62,140 nt of DNA, filler included, from Bonamia ostreae (GCA_040357525.1; 28 parts of 28 records of this genome joined end to end with filler, not necessarily neighbours in it); one strand, 5' to 3'. Counted from the first letter of the whole stretch, positions 1 through 13,150 are shown. Notes: generated from the letters alone by a model not told the origin. Numbers and translations: made by a program.

Positions 1-689
1 ACGGAAGACCCCATAGTTCATAACGAGATCGTCTCTAGATAATATTGCTATATTTAGCAATATAACAATCATACAATGTAAAAACAATATTAGCATATCT
101 ATCATTCTAAAAATAAATTTCAGTTATAGCATTCTTTCATATTCTTTTTTTTCAGGGTTTATTTGCTGGATTTTACTACTCTCTCTCTCTCTGACGTGGA
201 TACCAGGTGTGTATCAGACATATTCCCATGTAGCAACTGATATGTTTTCCATTCACGAACACATAAGATTCTCATTCATTTATCTTGTTCGTAATCAACA
301 TATAATGCTTTATTTTTTGTGTAAGTGCATTTTACTGCTTGACTCGTTTTTATTCGTTTATTTGTCTTAATTTAATTTATATAGAGCTAAATAAGCGCGC
401 GACTTAGCTTGTTTCGTTTCGACCTAGTCGTACTATTAGTGTACTGTTTCATATTATTTCACATAAGTTCTTTTTCTAATATAGTCAGGGATCCACGTCC
501 CTTATTGACTGACACGCTTCATTTCAATTTATTCAGTGCTATATTCGATATAATAAAACACACAACTTATCGGGCTAATGACAGGTATGCCTGTAAATAG
601 GTAATGTTTACCCCTCTTCTGTTGATTCTAGGAGTCCGTGCTAGCCCTTCTCGAAATTTGATATTCTTTATATGATTCATGGAAGTGAG

Positions 690-982
690 CACGGTCACGA
701 TAGCTCAATGATAGAACGTTCTGGATATCTTGCGTTAAAGCCCCGCTTGTACATGTATCATGACCGCATCAAACTTAAGACTTCAACACGGGTCTTTCGA
801 ATAGGACCTTCAAAAACGAAGTCCTGTATCTGGACAGGCGTTTGTACGTTAAATAACCCTCACTGTTACGGCTGTAAACACTAAGCATATGTCTAAATTT
901 GTGGAACTTCATCCATTACTGCTGACGTCTCCTTATAATTGGTAATATAGCGAAGGAACATAAAACAATCAACCAACCACCA
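690..982 (+). mobile_element. Diverged tRNA-derived SINE copy (host-type DNA)
   Basis: Shares blocks with copies at ~23190-23500 and ~29640-29900 (GGGTCTTTCG-ATAGGA, GTCCTGT, AACCCT-ACTG-TACGGC, CTAAGCATA, TGACGTCT) and ends in a short AAC-rich tail. Confidence 0.65.
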
Positions 983-1154
983 CCCCTCCCCCGTTTACGG
1001 TTATCTTCACATGGATATTTAAATAATATAATAAATACAATCCACGTGTATGTATTAGCATCTTAGATACAATGTATTTGAATGCTTTGATAGCGACTTA
1101 TTGTTCTTTTCCAGATCCTATTAAAGACTTGATTTCAGACGTTTTGAAGTGGAT

Positions 1155-1735
1155 TAAAGGTACGTATAAAATGTATGCACACCATACACTCATTTACATG
1201 ATATGTATATTAAACATATTTGTTGCATGCGATTTTGCTCCCTAAATGGTGCGTATATTCAAGGGGTACCACGTGATTTCGACATTCACTTTGATACTGC
1301 AGATCGGTGTACAGTAACCAGGTTACATATTATAATTATGAATTGCTATGTATCGGAATGCAACGGATATGAAGGATACAAACTTTCAAAATCAGAGTTC
1401 CCTTATCTAAAATGCCTCGTCCTCATAAAGCTAAGGAAAGGAAACAACTGTGTAATACAACAACAGATTATGTTGTTTGCGGGCGACACTTCAAATCATC
1501 GGTCTACAAGAATGCCCTTTTAAGTAATTCGATATTATTTTCAACGATATGCCTATGAAAGACTGTCTCTCACGATTGAAGTTAATTAAAGGTGCTCATA
1601 CACTCAAATACAGTATACCTATATTCAAAATGTATGTTGCATATGATTTTCATCGCTAGATTATGTCTGTATTCTAAAAGGCCTCACATGACTTCGGATT
1701 TCACTTTGACACTACGGATCCTGTGTACAATAACG
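1155..1735 (+). repeat. Two diverged ~160-bp direct repeats (~1155-1320 and ~1586-1735)
   Basis: Collinear shared blocks TTAAAGGT, CATACACTCA, TGTTGCAT-GATTTT, TTCACTTTGA-ACT and GTGTACA-TAAC. Confidence 0.6.
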
Positions 1736-2297
1736 TGGCTATGAAGCGTAAATCCATTCCGACCAGACCATATCAGTAGCAACAACGAAACCCTACCGTT
1801 AATAATCCCCTATGCACCACGTTCCATTACTTAAGAAGCAATTCTACAGTGAAGTCATCTATGACGTGCACTTTTTCCAATATCTCTATCTGATAACTTT
1901 CGAGAAGAAAGTTATGGAGAACATTAGATCGACCAGACAGTAGAAACCCTACGACACATGATGTTTGTACACCGTCAACATAGGTCACTGGGATCTATCA
2001 AATCGACATTTGAATAAGACTTACATAAATTATAAGTACGTGTGATTCATAAAACGTCGTCAATATAGCTAACCGTCGACTTGAAAGCCACACCAAACGA
2101 CGGTTCTCCTCAGTGATAGACGCTGAGGAGTCACGGAATAGACANNNNNNNNNNNNNNNNNNNNNNNNNNNNNNNNNNNNNNNNNNNNTTAATTAATTAA
2201 NNNNNNNNNNNNNNNNNNNNNNNNNNNNNNNNNNNNNNNNNNNNATTTATTGGTAGTGCTAATGTTGTTTTTTATGCTCTTACAATTAATTGAGTTG

Positions 2298-2816
2298 CTA
2301 ATTTTTGTTCAAAAATTTAAAATTTGCGATTTTTGTAAAATAAACGGTGAATCGGAGAGAAAGGTCTTTTTTCCAATCGATGAAAGCGTTTTCTTCCGAA
2401 AAAGCGAGTTCGTTCGGATCCGTCGCTGAATCCCATCGCGGTCTTCTGATGACTTTGATGTCTTCTAGTAACTCTGATTTGTTTAGATTAGCCATTTTCT
2501 TCAAGTTTGAAAGTCCAGATCGGCTCAAGTCTTTTTTCAAGGCGAGATCGTCCAAGCCGTTTTCAACCAAAACGATATCGTCTTGGCGCGAACGTAGCAC
2601 AAAATTTTTCCTTGAACGAGAAACGTTGACCAAAAAATCGTCGACAGTGCCGATTTCGCATTTTGAAGCCAAACTCTCAGACTTTTTGCCTCTGAAGTTC
2701 GGCGGGCGAAAAGAGTCGATGTTTCTGTTGCGACTGTTAATATCGCTGTTTTTGATTTTCTGTTCTACGCGCCTTTGGCTTATGTTGTTTCTAATTGCTC
2801 TTCCCAAGTTCGACAT
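2298..2816 (-). CDS. LSG1: Large subunit GTPase 1 (60S export factor), N-terminal part; truncated by intron/contig end
   Basis: LGRAI..., VDDFL and IRRPRWDSATDPNELAFSEENAFIDWKKDL match the LSG1 N-terminal pattern (IPRRPxW...EL...E...FLEWRRxL). The last ~20 codons are probably intronic. Confidence 0.8.
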   Translation of the reverse strand: MSNLGRAIRNNISQRRVEQKIKNSDINSRNRNIDSFRPPNFRGKKSESLASKCEIGTVDDFLVNVSRSRKNFVLRSRQDDIVLVENGLDDLALKKDLSRSGLSNLKKMANLNKSELLEDIKVIRRPRWDSATDPNELAFSEENAFIDWKKDLSLRFTVYFTKIANFKFLNKN

Positions 2817-3408
2817 TAAATTTAATTAATATAACGCAATTAAAGCTTTAGCTTACAATTTTTATATCTGTTTAAGGATAATCTTTGAATAGCCGAATAT
2901 TTGACGATCTCGGTTGAATGAGAAAATGCCAATGGCGTTTTAGGGCAAAAGTCGTCACGGGTTTTCCCGCCGATCAGTTAATTAATGGTAAAAAAATTAG
3001 AGATGTTATTTATTTCAGTAGTACATTCTTTCGCTCTCCGAAGGTTTGTCTAGATTTTAATGATAAAAACTCAAATTGCCTATAATTAATGGATTTTAAA
3101 ACCGTCATTTCCGATCTCCAACATCAATTCTAATTTTTAATCTTAAAACCTTTCCCGTCTTCGTCGTCAGCGTTAACACTAAAATCGATTTTGAGACAAT
3201 CTGTGTTCGGCTCTAACTCCAAAACGGTGGTGCGACTGCAAATAAACTTTATTTTCTGTGTTCTGTCCCTCAGAACTAATGAACCTGCATCGTCAACACT
3301 TAAAAATTCGTTAGCGTATTCAATCTTTTTTTCTAAACGGCCACCTCCATTTTTCGTCGGATCGACTTTTAAATTTTTTGGTGGATTACTTTTTGAATAA
3401 TTTCTGTT

Positions 3409-3819
3409 CTACAAAAGTTTTGTTTTTTGGTTTAGTAACTTTATTTTAAAAACAGAATTTGCTTTTAACAACTTTATCTGCAGTGTAACTAAAATTAAAA
3501 AACGATCTATAGTAGAATCTTGAATGGTCCCAAAATTAAACACTTTTACAAACAGCGTGTTTTTAATGTTGATACGTAAAATATACAACTTATTTTCTCC
3601 AACCGTTGTAGTTTCCTGCATACTGTCCTTTTCAAAAAATTTTGCGTCCTCGAGGGAAGGTTCGAAATTGTAATTGAAAGTGCCATTTCCGTTTAAATTT
3701 CTAAAATTTTCGAGAAGGACGTTATAAGAAAGTTTATATTTGGCATCATCTGTTCTAGTCAAGATGAGATTCGTTTTTGCCAAAACATCTTCTGCGCTAC
3801 TCATTTTAACTTTATGCAA
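3409..3819 (-). CDS. Exon of a hypothetical protein
   Basis: 136-codon open frame in AT-rich sequence with protein-like composition; no recognisable motif. Confidence 0.35.
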   Translation of the reverse strand: MHKVKMSSAEDVLAKTNLILTRTDDAKYKLSYNVLLENFRNLNGNGTFNYNFEPSLEDAKFFEKDSMQETTTVGENKLYILRINIKNTLFVKVFNFGTIQDSTIDRFLILVTLQIKLLKANSVFKIKLLNQKTKLL

Positions 3820-5383
3820 GGTTCAATGCAATGCAATTTTTTGTTTTCGAATTTTAACGCGTTATTATAAACTAATGTTTTCAAAACATTATTTTGGAGG
3901 TAAATAATTTAAATTTGCACCTTTGATTTCAAAGTAAAGCCAAAAACCAGGTACTAATTTAAAAATTTTGACGGTCTAAAATAGTGATTGTCGTGTCAAA
4001 GAGAATTGAACAGTTAAATCGAGAAGATATTCCAGTACGAAGTATCAGAAAACATTTCACATTAAAAATGAAACAGCAAAATTAATGGAAAAATAGTTAC
4101 TCGAAAAAGCGATTTGGAACTTGTAAAAATGTGCAAAATCAATGCAAAAAATAAAATCATGTTAAAATTTTTAATAAACACGTTTTTGTTTAAAATAATA
4201 AATTTAAAAGTGAAAAATGTAAATTTTGTAATGGGAACATTATTTAATATGTCTAAATATTTAGAACACATAATTAAAAAAGTCTGGGAACATTATTAAA
4301 CCCAGACAATCAATCCAACGCTCAAAAAAATGACAAACTTAATTAAATGAAAAGAGTTCAAATCGAAAAATTTTCGTTTAATTTTGCANNNNNNNNNNNN
4401 NNNNNNNNNNNNNNNNNNNNNNNNNNNNNNNNTTAATTAATTAANNNNNNNNNNNNNNNNNNNNNNNNNNNNNNNNNNNNNNNNNNNNCATCCTACTCGA
4501 TACTTGTTTGAGAATAAATGAATCTGATCAATTTCTAAAATTGAATTTATGCAACATAGAAAATCATTTTGAATACGGCAGATTATGATTGTGGTCAACT
4601 TTTTGAATTATTTATTTATCGTATCTAAGTTCACTTCAAATTGATCTGAAGTTCTTCTTAATGTGAATCTCTGTTTAAAGAAACATAATATTCTGCCAAT
4701 AGAAAGGTGATTTAGAAAATCATATACCGTTTTTGTAATTCCCCCATTTCAAACATACCTTTTCGATACATCTTAACAGGGACTGAGAATGACTCCTGCA
4801 TTTTGCTCCAAGTGCATTAAAACTCAGCAAACACAATAAGAATTTCTTTAGTTAATAAACCACTAACTCTCAGTAAATTACAGGGGTTGATCTATTATAA
4901 TTAAATTAAAAAACTCTCTAAGTTATATGCAATTTTAAAACTGTTTGTTTGAATTTATTAAAATTATTTATGTTAGTTAAAAATAAAAAATGGTGGAAAT
5001 TTGTTGAAAATGATAATTATACGATTGACAAAATAACAATTTAGCTAAATCAAAAAATTCATTTTTAAAAATTTTGTGACTAACATTCTGCACCCCAAAA
5101 AAAGTATATCATTACATAAAATTAATTAAATATTTAATAATTTTGAAAAGTCTTTTTACGAATTCGATCATGAAGTTTACATTGGAGATGATTATTACGT
5201 TTATTAGTGCATAGATTTAAAAAAAAATTAAAATATTTATAATTTCTGTTTCAGAATTTATGAAAAGTTTTAATGTTCTCGAAATGGTGTTTACAAAATT
5301 ATTTAGATAAATTCTTTTGTTTTGATAACTATAAAAAAATTAGATAATCACTATATAAATAGATCTATTCCGAACATCCAAAA

Positions 5384-6631
5384 ATGACAAAAGAAAAAGT
5401 GAAAATACCTCCTTCAGTCAAAATCAACATCGCATTCATCGCTCTTCAGATAGTAACCACTTTCACTGCCGCTATTTCAGGTTATAATTAGACAAACTAC
5501 CAAATTTGTTATATTTATTTTTTCGTTAATAAAATTTTTCGAAAAAATATAAAATTAAATATTTTTGAATAAAATTTTTTTTCGATAAAATTTTAAGTTG
5601 CTGACATTTGGACAAATGTCTTTTCAAATAACATTTATACTATGTTCAATTATGTCGGTTCTATCCCAACTGTTGCACTCGCGTTGTTTATTCCTCTTCT
5701 TTTGAAATATGTCTCGGTTAACAAAATTTTCTACATTAACGCTGTGGTACAAATAGTATCTTCTGTGGTGTTTTAATTTTATCCCTACAATGAAAGTGAA
5801 ATTAGGTAGAGATGTCGCTCTGGCGATGACTAGTTTTTATTTGTTTATTGAAGTTTTGTTTTTACTAATTTCATCTGCCGGCTTCGCTATCTGTTCAACA
5901 GCCATTTTCGCGTTTATTTAATTATAGATTTTCCAAAGATTCGCAGCCGAATTTTCGAACCAGACAGTTCAATTCTACATAACGGGGTTGTCCGTTGCAA
6001 ACCTCATCTATGGTCTGTACTTCCTGCCATTTCCTTATAGTGTTAAAAACCTGCAGACTAGAATGATATGCTACTTCATCTTACCGCTTGTCGTTCATTT
6101 CGTTTCGGTCATCATTTTTTACTTCGCTTCAAAAAAAGTACCCAAAAAAGAAGAAAGGGTTGAAATTTTAAATTTAGAGAGGAATCGAAAAAAACAAGAG
6201 CAACATAGAAGAGAGCATCATGGAAAGTTTTAAAGTTGTGTTGAAGAAGAAGTGGCCATATTTTCTTCTTAACTTCTGTTTTCTTTTTTATTTTAGTTAT
6301 GTTCTTGGGAACCTTCTTGGTTTACCCATCGTTTATGTTTCAAGCGACATCGTCGAATTCTAATCTGAAAGAGTTTTGGCCCAAGATCCTCATGATAATT
6401 TTCGGGATCACCGAAGTGAGTGCTCGCGTCATTAACACTCTGAAGATCAAGTTCATCGTGGATGGGATAACAGAGAGAAACATTTGGATGTTTTATGTTC
6501 ATTAGTAGCTTCTGCATCGTGAGATACATTGTTTGTCTATTCCCGATATTTACCTTCCTGGCAATGAGGGGGGTGTTCTACATGTCCCCTCTGGTGATAG
6601 ATATCTGCAATGGAGTTTTCTACGGCATTGT
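5384..6631 (+). CDS. Equilibrative nucleoside transporter (ENT/SLC29)-like multi-pass membrane protein, 3' truncated, several micro-introns
   Basis: ATG at 5384. Spliced product has many TM segments and ENT-like stretches (QFYITGLSVA; GTFLVYPSF...WPKILMIIFGITEVSAR). 19-nt introns at 6159-6177 and 6278-6296. Confidence 0.6.
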
Positions 6632-7986
6632 NNNNNNNNNNNNNNNNNNNNNNNNNNNNNNNNNNNNNNNNNNNNTTAATTAATTAANNNNNNNNNNNNN
6701 NNNNNNNNNNNNNNNNNNNNNNNNNNNNNNNTTGTAATGTACGCTTTCTCTTCGATTTAATTTAGACCATATAATGATCAAAACACTTGCAGTCCCTTTC
6801 GATGATGGTATTTTGAAAACTGGTCAAATTCTGAAGAGAGGACCACTATTCCGTCATTGATTGTATCTCATATGAGAAATTGTGATTCAATTGAATGATA
6901 AAAATGACAACTTCCAAAGAGGGTCCAAGTTATATTGTTGCCTAATCCAATTTGATATATATCAAATTTGGCAAGAACATATAAATAGACATTTTACAAC
7001 TTAATCATCTATCCATTTTGACTTACTTTCAAATTGTATATATATTTTGTACAAAATTATGTCGCTAATTTTCAAAAGTTAAAAACTTATAATGTAAATT
7101 TGTTAAAGATCGAACTTCTTTTAGAATTCCAAATGGAAAGGCGTGATTGGTGACACCCCACCCCCAAGATAATCTTCTTAACAATGACAATTTAATATTT
7201 TTCATCAAGAAGATCTCTTATTGCATGCTTTTGTCAAAAATAAAGAATAGACACCCCCTTCAGGAGTCGCTGTTGATGTATGTACGATATGACAATCTAT
7301 GGTGATGATTCACACTGCACTTGATTTCTACTGTGCATTTAAATTGCTTTTATAATGAAAAAAAATATCTAGATTGTTTTGTTACATTTAGCAAAATGCA
7401 GATAGCTACTTTAAGGCATGATTTGCAAGAAGGATTTATTGCAGCTCAAAATGTATTTTACCCTAAATATTAAAAAGCAGATCTTAATTGTTTAGGGAAA
7501 AAAATTAAAGCTTTATTTTTCTTCCTTTGACAAAGAATCATATCAACACTCTCACTAAATAAGCAATTGCGTTGTAAATTCTAATATACAGTATTAGCTG
7601 CATGATGGGTTTGATTTCAAGAAGCATGATACATTCAAAATCAGTTCTGAATTCATATGACCGTTGCATGACATGAGGATTTATGTCATTTGTAAAGTTA
7701 CTCACACTGGCAGTAAACAACCTTTGTCTGAAAAGAGGACATTATCTGCATATTATCACCAATCACATTGTGTAAATATAGCAGGATTGGCAATTCTACA
7801 ACACTATTTTGTAGAGTATACAGTATATATTAGTCGTTATAACGTTGTTGGAGCATATGCATGTGTGGTGCGGTTTATTTAAACCGTATGCGGATACCAA
7901 TTTAATATTTTCAATCCACTAATGCATTATCTTACTGAATAGGTAATACTTTACGACCTTGATTACATGAACAATATACTGCTTAC

Positions 7987-8540
7987 ATTGCAGTATCTCA
8001 GTAGAATAATATTGCTGTTGTGGACAATCTGGTAACAGAGAACTGCAGTTGTATTGGTCTGTTATTCGTTGTCCTTCCAAACTGTATGCAGGACAGTACT
8101 CTGTCAATATAATATTGAACATTGTTTTCATAATCTTCTACATCATTAGGATGGATAATCAATTACAATTTTGAAGCAATGCTTGTAGTTAACAGTGAAA
8201 CATTTCTCTTTGAAATGAATTCATCGATTATTTAAACATTCATGATCAAAACAATTTTGATTACTGATATGTGTACACGTCGCACTTAATGTTATACTAA
8301 TCTGAAAACCCGTACGCTGCACTAATCTTGTTTTTGGAGCACAAACTTCAACACTTTCATTTCCATATGGATTTAATAAGCAATGATATTGCAGTGGTTT
8401 GAAGCATGTCTGGGGATACTTGGAACAATTCTTCATTTTTGCCCTCTCTTTCCATTGTCTTTCATCCACAGGGCAAGCGTTGATATATTCTAGGGAATCA
8501 AATGACGGTGGACAACTGTAGGCCATTTTCAGCAAATTAT
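7987..8540 (-). CDS. Two exons (8316-8540, 7987-8100) of a Cys-rich uncharacterised protein of an oyster-expanded family (host)
   Basis: CP...W..RA...NC....C...LQYHCLLN.YGNESVEVCAP and YCPAYSLEGQRI...C....PDCP...Y.STE is a pattern I recognise from expanded uncharacterised Ostreidae families. Donors are canonical (GTACGG, GTAAGC). Confidence 0.7.
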
Positions 8541-8984
8541 CTGTTAAAGAATGATGCTGCATGAGTTTGGGTACTGCTTTCAGAATCTCTATGCATGAAG
8601 GGAATCTGTTACACCAAAATCTAGTGATATCCCTACATGAGTGAAAAAAGAATATACAACCAAACAAAACATGCACAATATTTAAAATTCCTTGCAAAAA
8701 AATCTAGATAATCCATGTAGTTTGTCTCAATTTCATATTAAAAAATGCGATAACTTGAATTACATATAAACTTCAAAACGAATTAAGATTTCAATTGATT
8801 TTATTTTGATTACACTTTACCAAAAAAAAAAAAAAAATTAAGAAGATAAAAACAATGGAGATTACTTGAACAATNNNNNNNNNNNNNNNNNNNNNNNNNN
8901 NNNNNNNNNNNNNNNNNNTTAATTAATTAANNNNNNNNNNNNNNNNNNNNNNNNNNNNNNNNNNNNNNNNNNNNAGTTTCAGCT

Positions 8985-10560
8985 TCAAACTGTTTTGGGA
9001 TAATATTTGCCACATTTCGTGATTTCCGTCGATTGAAGGACGTCCCAAAGCTTTTGAACGTATTTTTGCATATTAGGGCATACAAATGTAAGAGCTCTGT
9101 GTTCAGAAGCAATTATTTTGTCAGTGTGCGATTTCGACGCGCCGATAATGATTTCGGATCCGTAATCAGTTCTTGACAGACAATGGAATTTCATTAACGT
9201 CGCATTGTCTTTGTGCCGATTGCACTATAAGATCTCGAAAGGTATTGGAGTTCAGCGCATCTTTTTCATAGTTGACTTCGATTGCTTTCACAGTGTCGTT
9301 TGAATGTTATTTTTCTGCCAAATAATATTCCGAGATAACGGTACTCGTTTAATAACTCTGCACCGCAATATTGAAAAGAAAACATCTTTAGTTTTTTCTT
9401 CGGAAAATTTAAGGCCTAAAGTTTTTGCTTTTTAAAATTGTTTTTATGTCTTTTTTGAGTTTGATATTAACAGATGCAAAATTTTTTCCTGTGGAATACA
9501 AAACTATCAATAGTCCTGATGCGTACAGATTAAATAGTGAAGGATAAAGGAGACTCCCTTTGGGAACTCCCTTATAGAGTTGACCAAGTTTGCTATTTAA
9601 GTCGTATTCTTGCGACTTGATTTTTTGAAAAGACAATCCCGGTTCACTCTGCAGTACGCTTTTGATAAATCCATGAACACAGCCAAGGTTGACGTTTTTT
9701 GGATACGTATGCGAGAATATCTGCTCTCAACAATGAAAGGGATTTTTTTGAGTGAGTTAAGAAGATTTTAATTAGATTCCGATGGATCCTTTTTTGTTTT
9801 TCTCGTATGTCTATTTTCTATTTAATGAGCTTTCTGATAGCTGGGTTTCGCCATCCCACATATTTTTTCTTTTTTGCGGAGGAGTTTTCGTGGAAAGTTG
9901 CCAGTTCTTGTGATGTTAATTTGAGACATTTTAAAATATTTCTGTATTCCTCTTTTAAGTCATTTGATTTCGTGCTTACAATTTTGATTTAAAAAGTTTC
10001 TCGAAGTCCTTCTTTGAACGCATTTAAATTCAAGATTACATTTAATGGATTTATCGATATCGGGGTCAAATTTAATAACAAAGATACTGGTAGATGATGG
10101 GATATTTCATTACCGGCATTCCAGATCTGCATTACTATGTTGGTTAGGTTCTTCATTTGTTCTATTAATTCTGAAAATTTATTGTTATGGCTGTCTCCTT
10201 TGTTGGAATTATCGAGATATGCTTTTTTTGAATCATTTTTTAATTGGCAATTGCTTTTGAATTTTGAAGCATAAACTACAAAGATGATTTTTTCCCGCTC
10301 TTCTTCAGACTGGGGTTGATCGTTTGTTTGCAATGAGTAAATTTATTTTCCCTGGAATTTTTCTTGATAGCATTGTCTCTCTTCTGCTTTTTGTATGCGA
10401 TATATGAGGAGCAGTTCCTTGAATCAAATTCACGCGACGCTGAACAATTTGGAAATTTCGCTGTTTTTTCTTTGCAACTTCTGTCATTGTGGTTGCCAGA
10501 GCACAACATAACATTTACTGCATTCTTTTAGAAGTTTTCTCTTGTTCTTGAGATTCTCAG
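8985..10560 (-). mobile_element. Decayed non-LTR retrotransposon (gag-like Cys/His ORF1 remnant plus frameshifted RT remnants)
   Basis: CSGNHNDRSCKEKTAKFPNC...SRNC knuckle. RT remnants STLAVFMDLSKAY, GVPKGSLLYPSLFNLYA, YLGILF and LQYLSRSYSAIGTKT parallel the intact element at 33504-35622. Contains stops, frameshifts and deletions. Confidence 0.8.
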
Positions 10561-10832
10561 ACGTTTGAATCCCAACGGAAATCATTTAAGTTTGGAGAAT
10601 ATTTCATATCCTTTGTCATCTATTGTCTCTATGAAGATTGTAGACCGTTTATTTCTCAGAATGGGCGGGCTTTGTGTTAGGCGATTGTTCTCGCGCTATT
10701 TTCGATTTGTTTTTATAGAAAAGTGGTTATTTCGATTTGCCACTATTTTTGACTGTAACTTCAACTAAAAAATAAGTAATATGCAACTGATTTGTTAATA
10801 CAAAAAAAAGAATTACAGTAACACAATTGACT

Positions 10833-11117
10833 ATGTTTCGACTTCTATTTTTGATTATGACGATAATTTTTGTCCATTCGGAAAAATTTGAAGATAAATT
10901 GAAGAGCGATGTAAATCCATCTGTCTTCTACATCGAACCAGATATTCAAAGAGCTAAATTTGATAGCAGAGCAGCCAAAAAAGGAGACCAATCGGGCTTC
11001 TACAGCAAACCAGAAAAAGTAACTTATTACGACAACGCAGAAAAAATTGAAAATGCCTTTAAAGAACACGAGGCTTCAGAATACGTAGAAAATATTGAAA
11101 ATGACTTTAGTGAACAC
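10833..11117 (+). CDS. Orphan protein with predicted signal peptide, 3' truncated
   Basis: MFRLLFLIMTIIFVHS followed by a charged, acidic region open to the contig end. Confidence 0.55.
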
Positions 11118-11339
11118 NNNNNNNNNNNNNNNNNNNNNNNNNNNNNNNNNNNNNNNNNNNNTTAATTAATTAANNNNNNNNNNNNNNNNNNNNNNNNNNN
11201 NNNNNNNNNNNNNNNNNTCCATTTATTAATTCATCCTTTGTTGATATGCCGACTTTTCGAAGATATGTCGTTTCCGCGTTTTCCATAAATTGAACGGAAT
11301 TCTAGTTTAAAAATTTTCACCATATTTTACTAACCTTAA

Positions 11340-13150
11340 ATGGATCCTAAGAAACCATTAAATATCGCGGACAAGAAAAGACTAGAAATTAACTCGGACA
11401 GCGTCACTTCTTATATCCGGAATACCAAAATGTTCGGCGGACAAGCGAGCATTAAAGCCATTTCGGAGTTTCCGGGAAACGACATATGCGCTGATTGCCG
11501 CAGAAAAGGTTCGGAAATTAGATTCATTATATTCGTCCATCTTTAAAAGCGAAATTAGTGCAAATTTAAACAAATTTGTTTTAACAAAATTTTCAATTAA
11601 AGAGAATGAGTGGGTTAGCTTGAAAATAGGAATATTCATTTGCATTGATTGCGCTAGAATACACAAAACGCTCGGGAAAGAATTTGCCGAAGTCCAATCT
11701 ATAAAACATGACGCGGTTATATGGGACCTGGAAAAAATCCAAGTTAAAATTTGTTACAAATCTCATTATTTTTTCGAAAAAAATTTGCAATAATAATAAA
11801 ATTTGGAGCAAAAATAAAAATTTGGAACAAAAATAAAATTTGGAACAAAAATAAAATTTGTAACAATAATAAAATTTGTAACAAAAATAAAATTTGGATC
11901 AAAAATAAAATTTGGAACAAAAATAAAATTTGTAACAATAATAAAAATTTGTAACAATAATAAAAATTTGTAACAATAATAAAATTTGGAACAAAAATAA
12001 AATTTGCAAAAAAATAAAATTGCAAAAAAAATAAAATTTGGAACAAAAATAAAATTTGGAACAAAACAGTTTTTGGAAGCAGCCGGGAATTTAATGATGA
12101 ACAACATCTACGAACATCGATTGCCGAGTTATTATTTGACTCCGAATGAGCTGATCGATTCCCCTTTCGTCCGCAAAAATTTTATCTCGGTTAAATATCT
12201 TGAAAAACTGTTTTTGAAAACCGACAGAAATCTCCACGAAAACGAAATTAACGAAAAAGATCATCTCGTTGTGGAAGGATGTCCTTTTTACAAAATGCCG
12301 CAGGTTTTGCCAATCTTTCCAAAAGCACTTTTGCCAATTTACAATTTCTTCCAAAGAACCCGTTAACGTTTGAAGGCGAATATCGATCTGAGAAAAAACA
12401 AAAAGGATCAAAAGCTTCGATGATATTGATAAACTCGATTCTTTCTGTTTACAAATCCGAAAAAGTTTCGCTTCAAAAATTTTAAAATTTCGAAATTGTT
12501 AAATCTAAAATATATTAGGATAAAAACCCGAAAGCAACGATAGAAATCGAAAAAGCGAAAATCGATTTGACGAACCGCATCGTCAAAGGACTGCAAGAAT
12601 ATTCGATAAAGGTCGCTTCAAAGGACAAATGTCACTTTTTTGACATGAGAGAGACTTCCGGAATCATTGATATCGTCCATTCGATGAGAAGAGCTAGTGC
12701 CTTTTATTCCACAAACCCAAATCAAAAATTGTCGAATATTTTGCCCAAAAATATGGTCAATTTGCAATTTTAAAAAAAAATGTCGATTTTTTTAACAAAA
12801 TTTTCGGTAAAAAGATGTTTGAAAAAGCAATTTTGGAGAATTCTGCAATAAAAGGAATGGCCAAAGTGTCCGGTTCGAAAAAATGGATTGTTCTGGTCGA
12901 CGAAAATTTATATTTTTTCAAAAGCCAAAAGAATGTCAGTCCGAATGGTTGTGTCTTATTGAGAGAATCGCTAATCAAAGAACACAAACAAAATTCAATA
13001 ATGATCGTTTCGCCGTTCCAACGCGTTATCGTAAAACTTTCTGACGCGGAAGAAACGACAAAATGGCTTTTCGAGCTTAAAAAAGTTGGTGAAACGTTGA
13101 ATGAACAGAAGTTGGTCGATTTTAAGGATTTGTGTGAGTATGAAAAATAG
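11340..13150 (+). CDS. ArfGAP with two PH domains (ADAP/centaurin-alpha-like), 6 exons
   Basis: Spliced GNDICADCRRKENEWVSLKIGIFICIDCARIH is the ArfGAP zinc finger with catalytic Arg. PH-like segments follow (KKWIVLVDENLYFFK...EETTKWLFEL). Introns include 11509-11602, 11743-12069 and 12304-12356. Confidence 0.85.
11790..12066 (+). repeat. Tandem array of ~18-bp units (AAAATAAAATTTGGAACA / ATAATAAAATTTGTAACA) filling ArfGAP intron 2
   Basis: About 15 adjacent units are directly visible, with no spacers. Confidence 0.9.

Noticed and set aside
2145-2244. Regularly spaced TTAATTAATTAA as a biological repeat
   Set aside because: Always embedded in N-runs of fixed length; it is an artificial contig linker with stops in all frames.
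2320-2360. Non-canonical AT donors in LSG1 and PRP28-like genes
   Set aside because: The contigs end before the next exon, so boundaries cannot be fixed; a GTTTAT donor is available nearby in LSG1.
5756-5765. U12-type donor GTATCTT in the ENT-like gene
   Set aside because: Imperfect consensus, no TCCTTAAC branch site, and using it does not clearly restore the frame.
11744-12107. Repetitive ORFs (FQILFL.../NKNKIW...)
   Set aside because: Translations of the intronic 18-bp tandem repeat.
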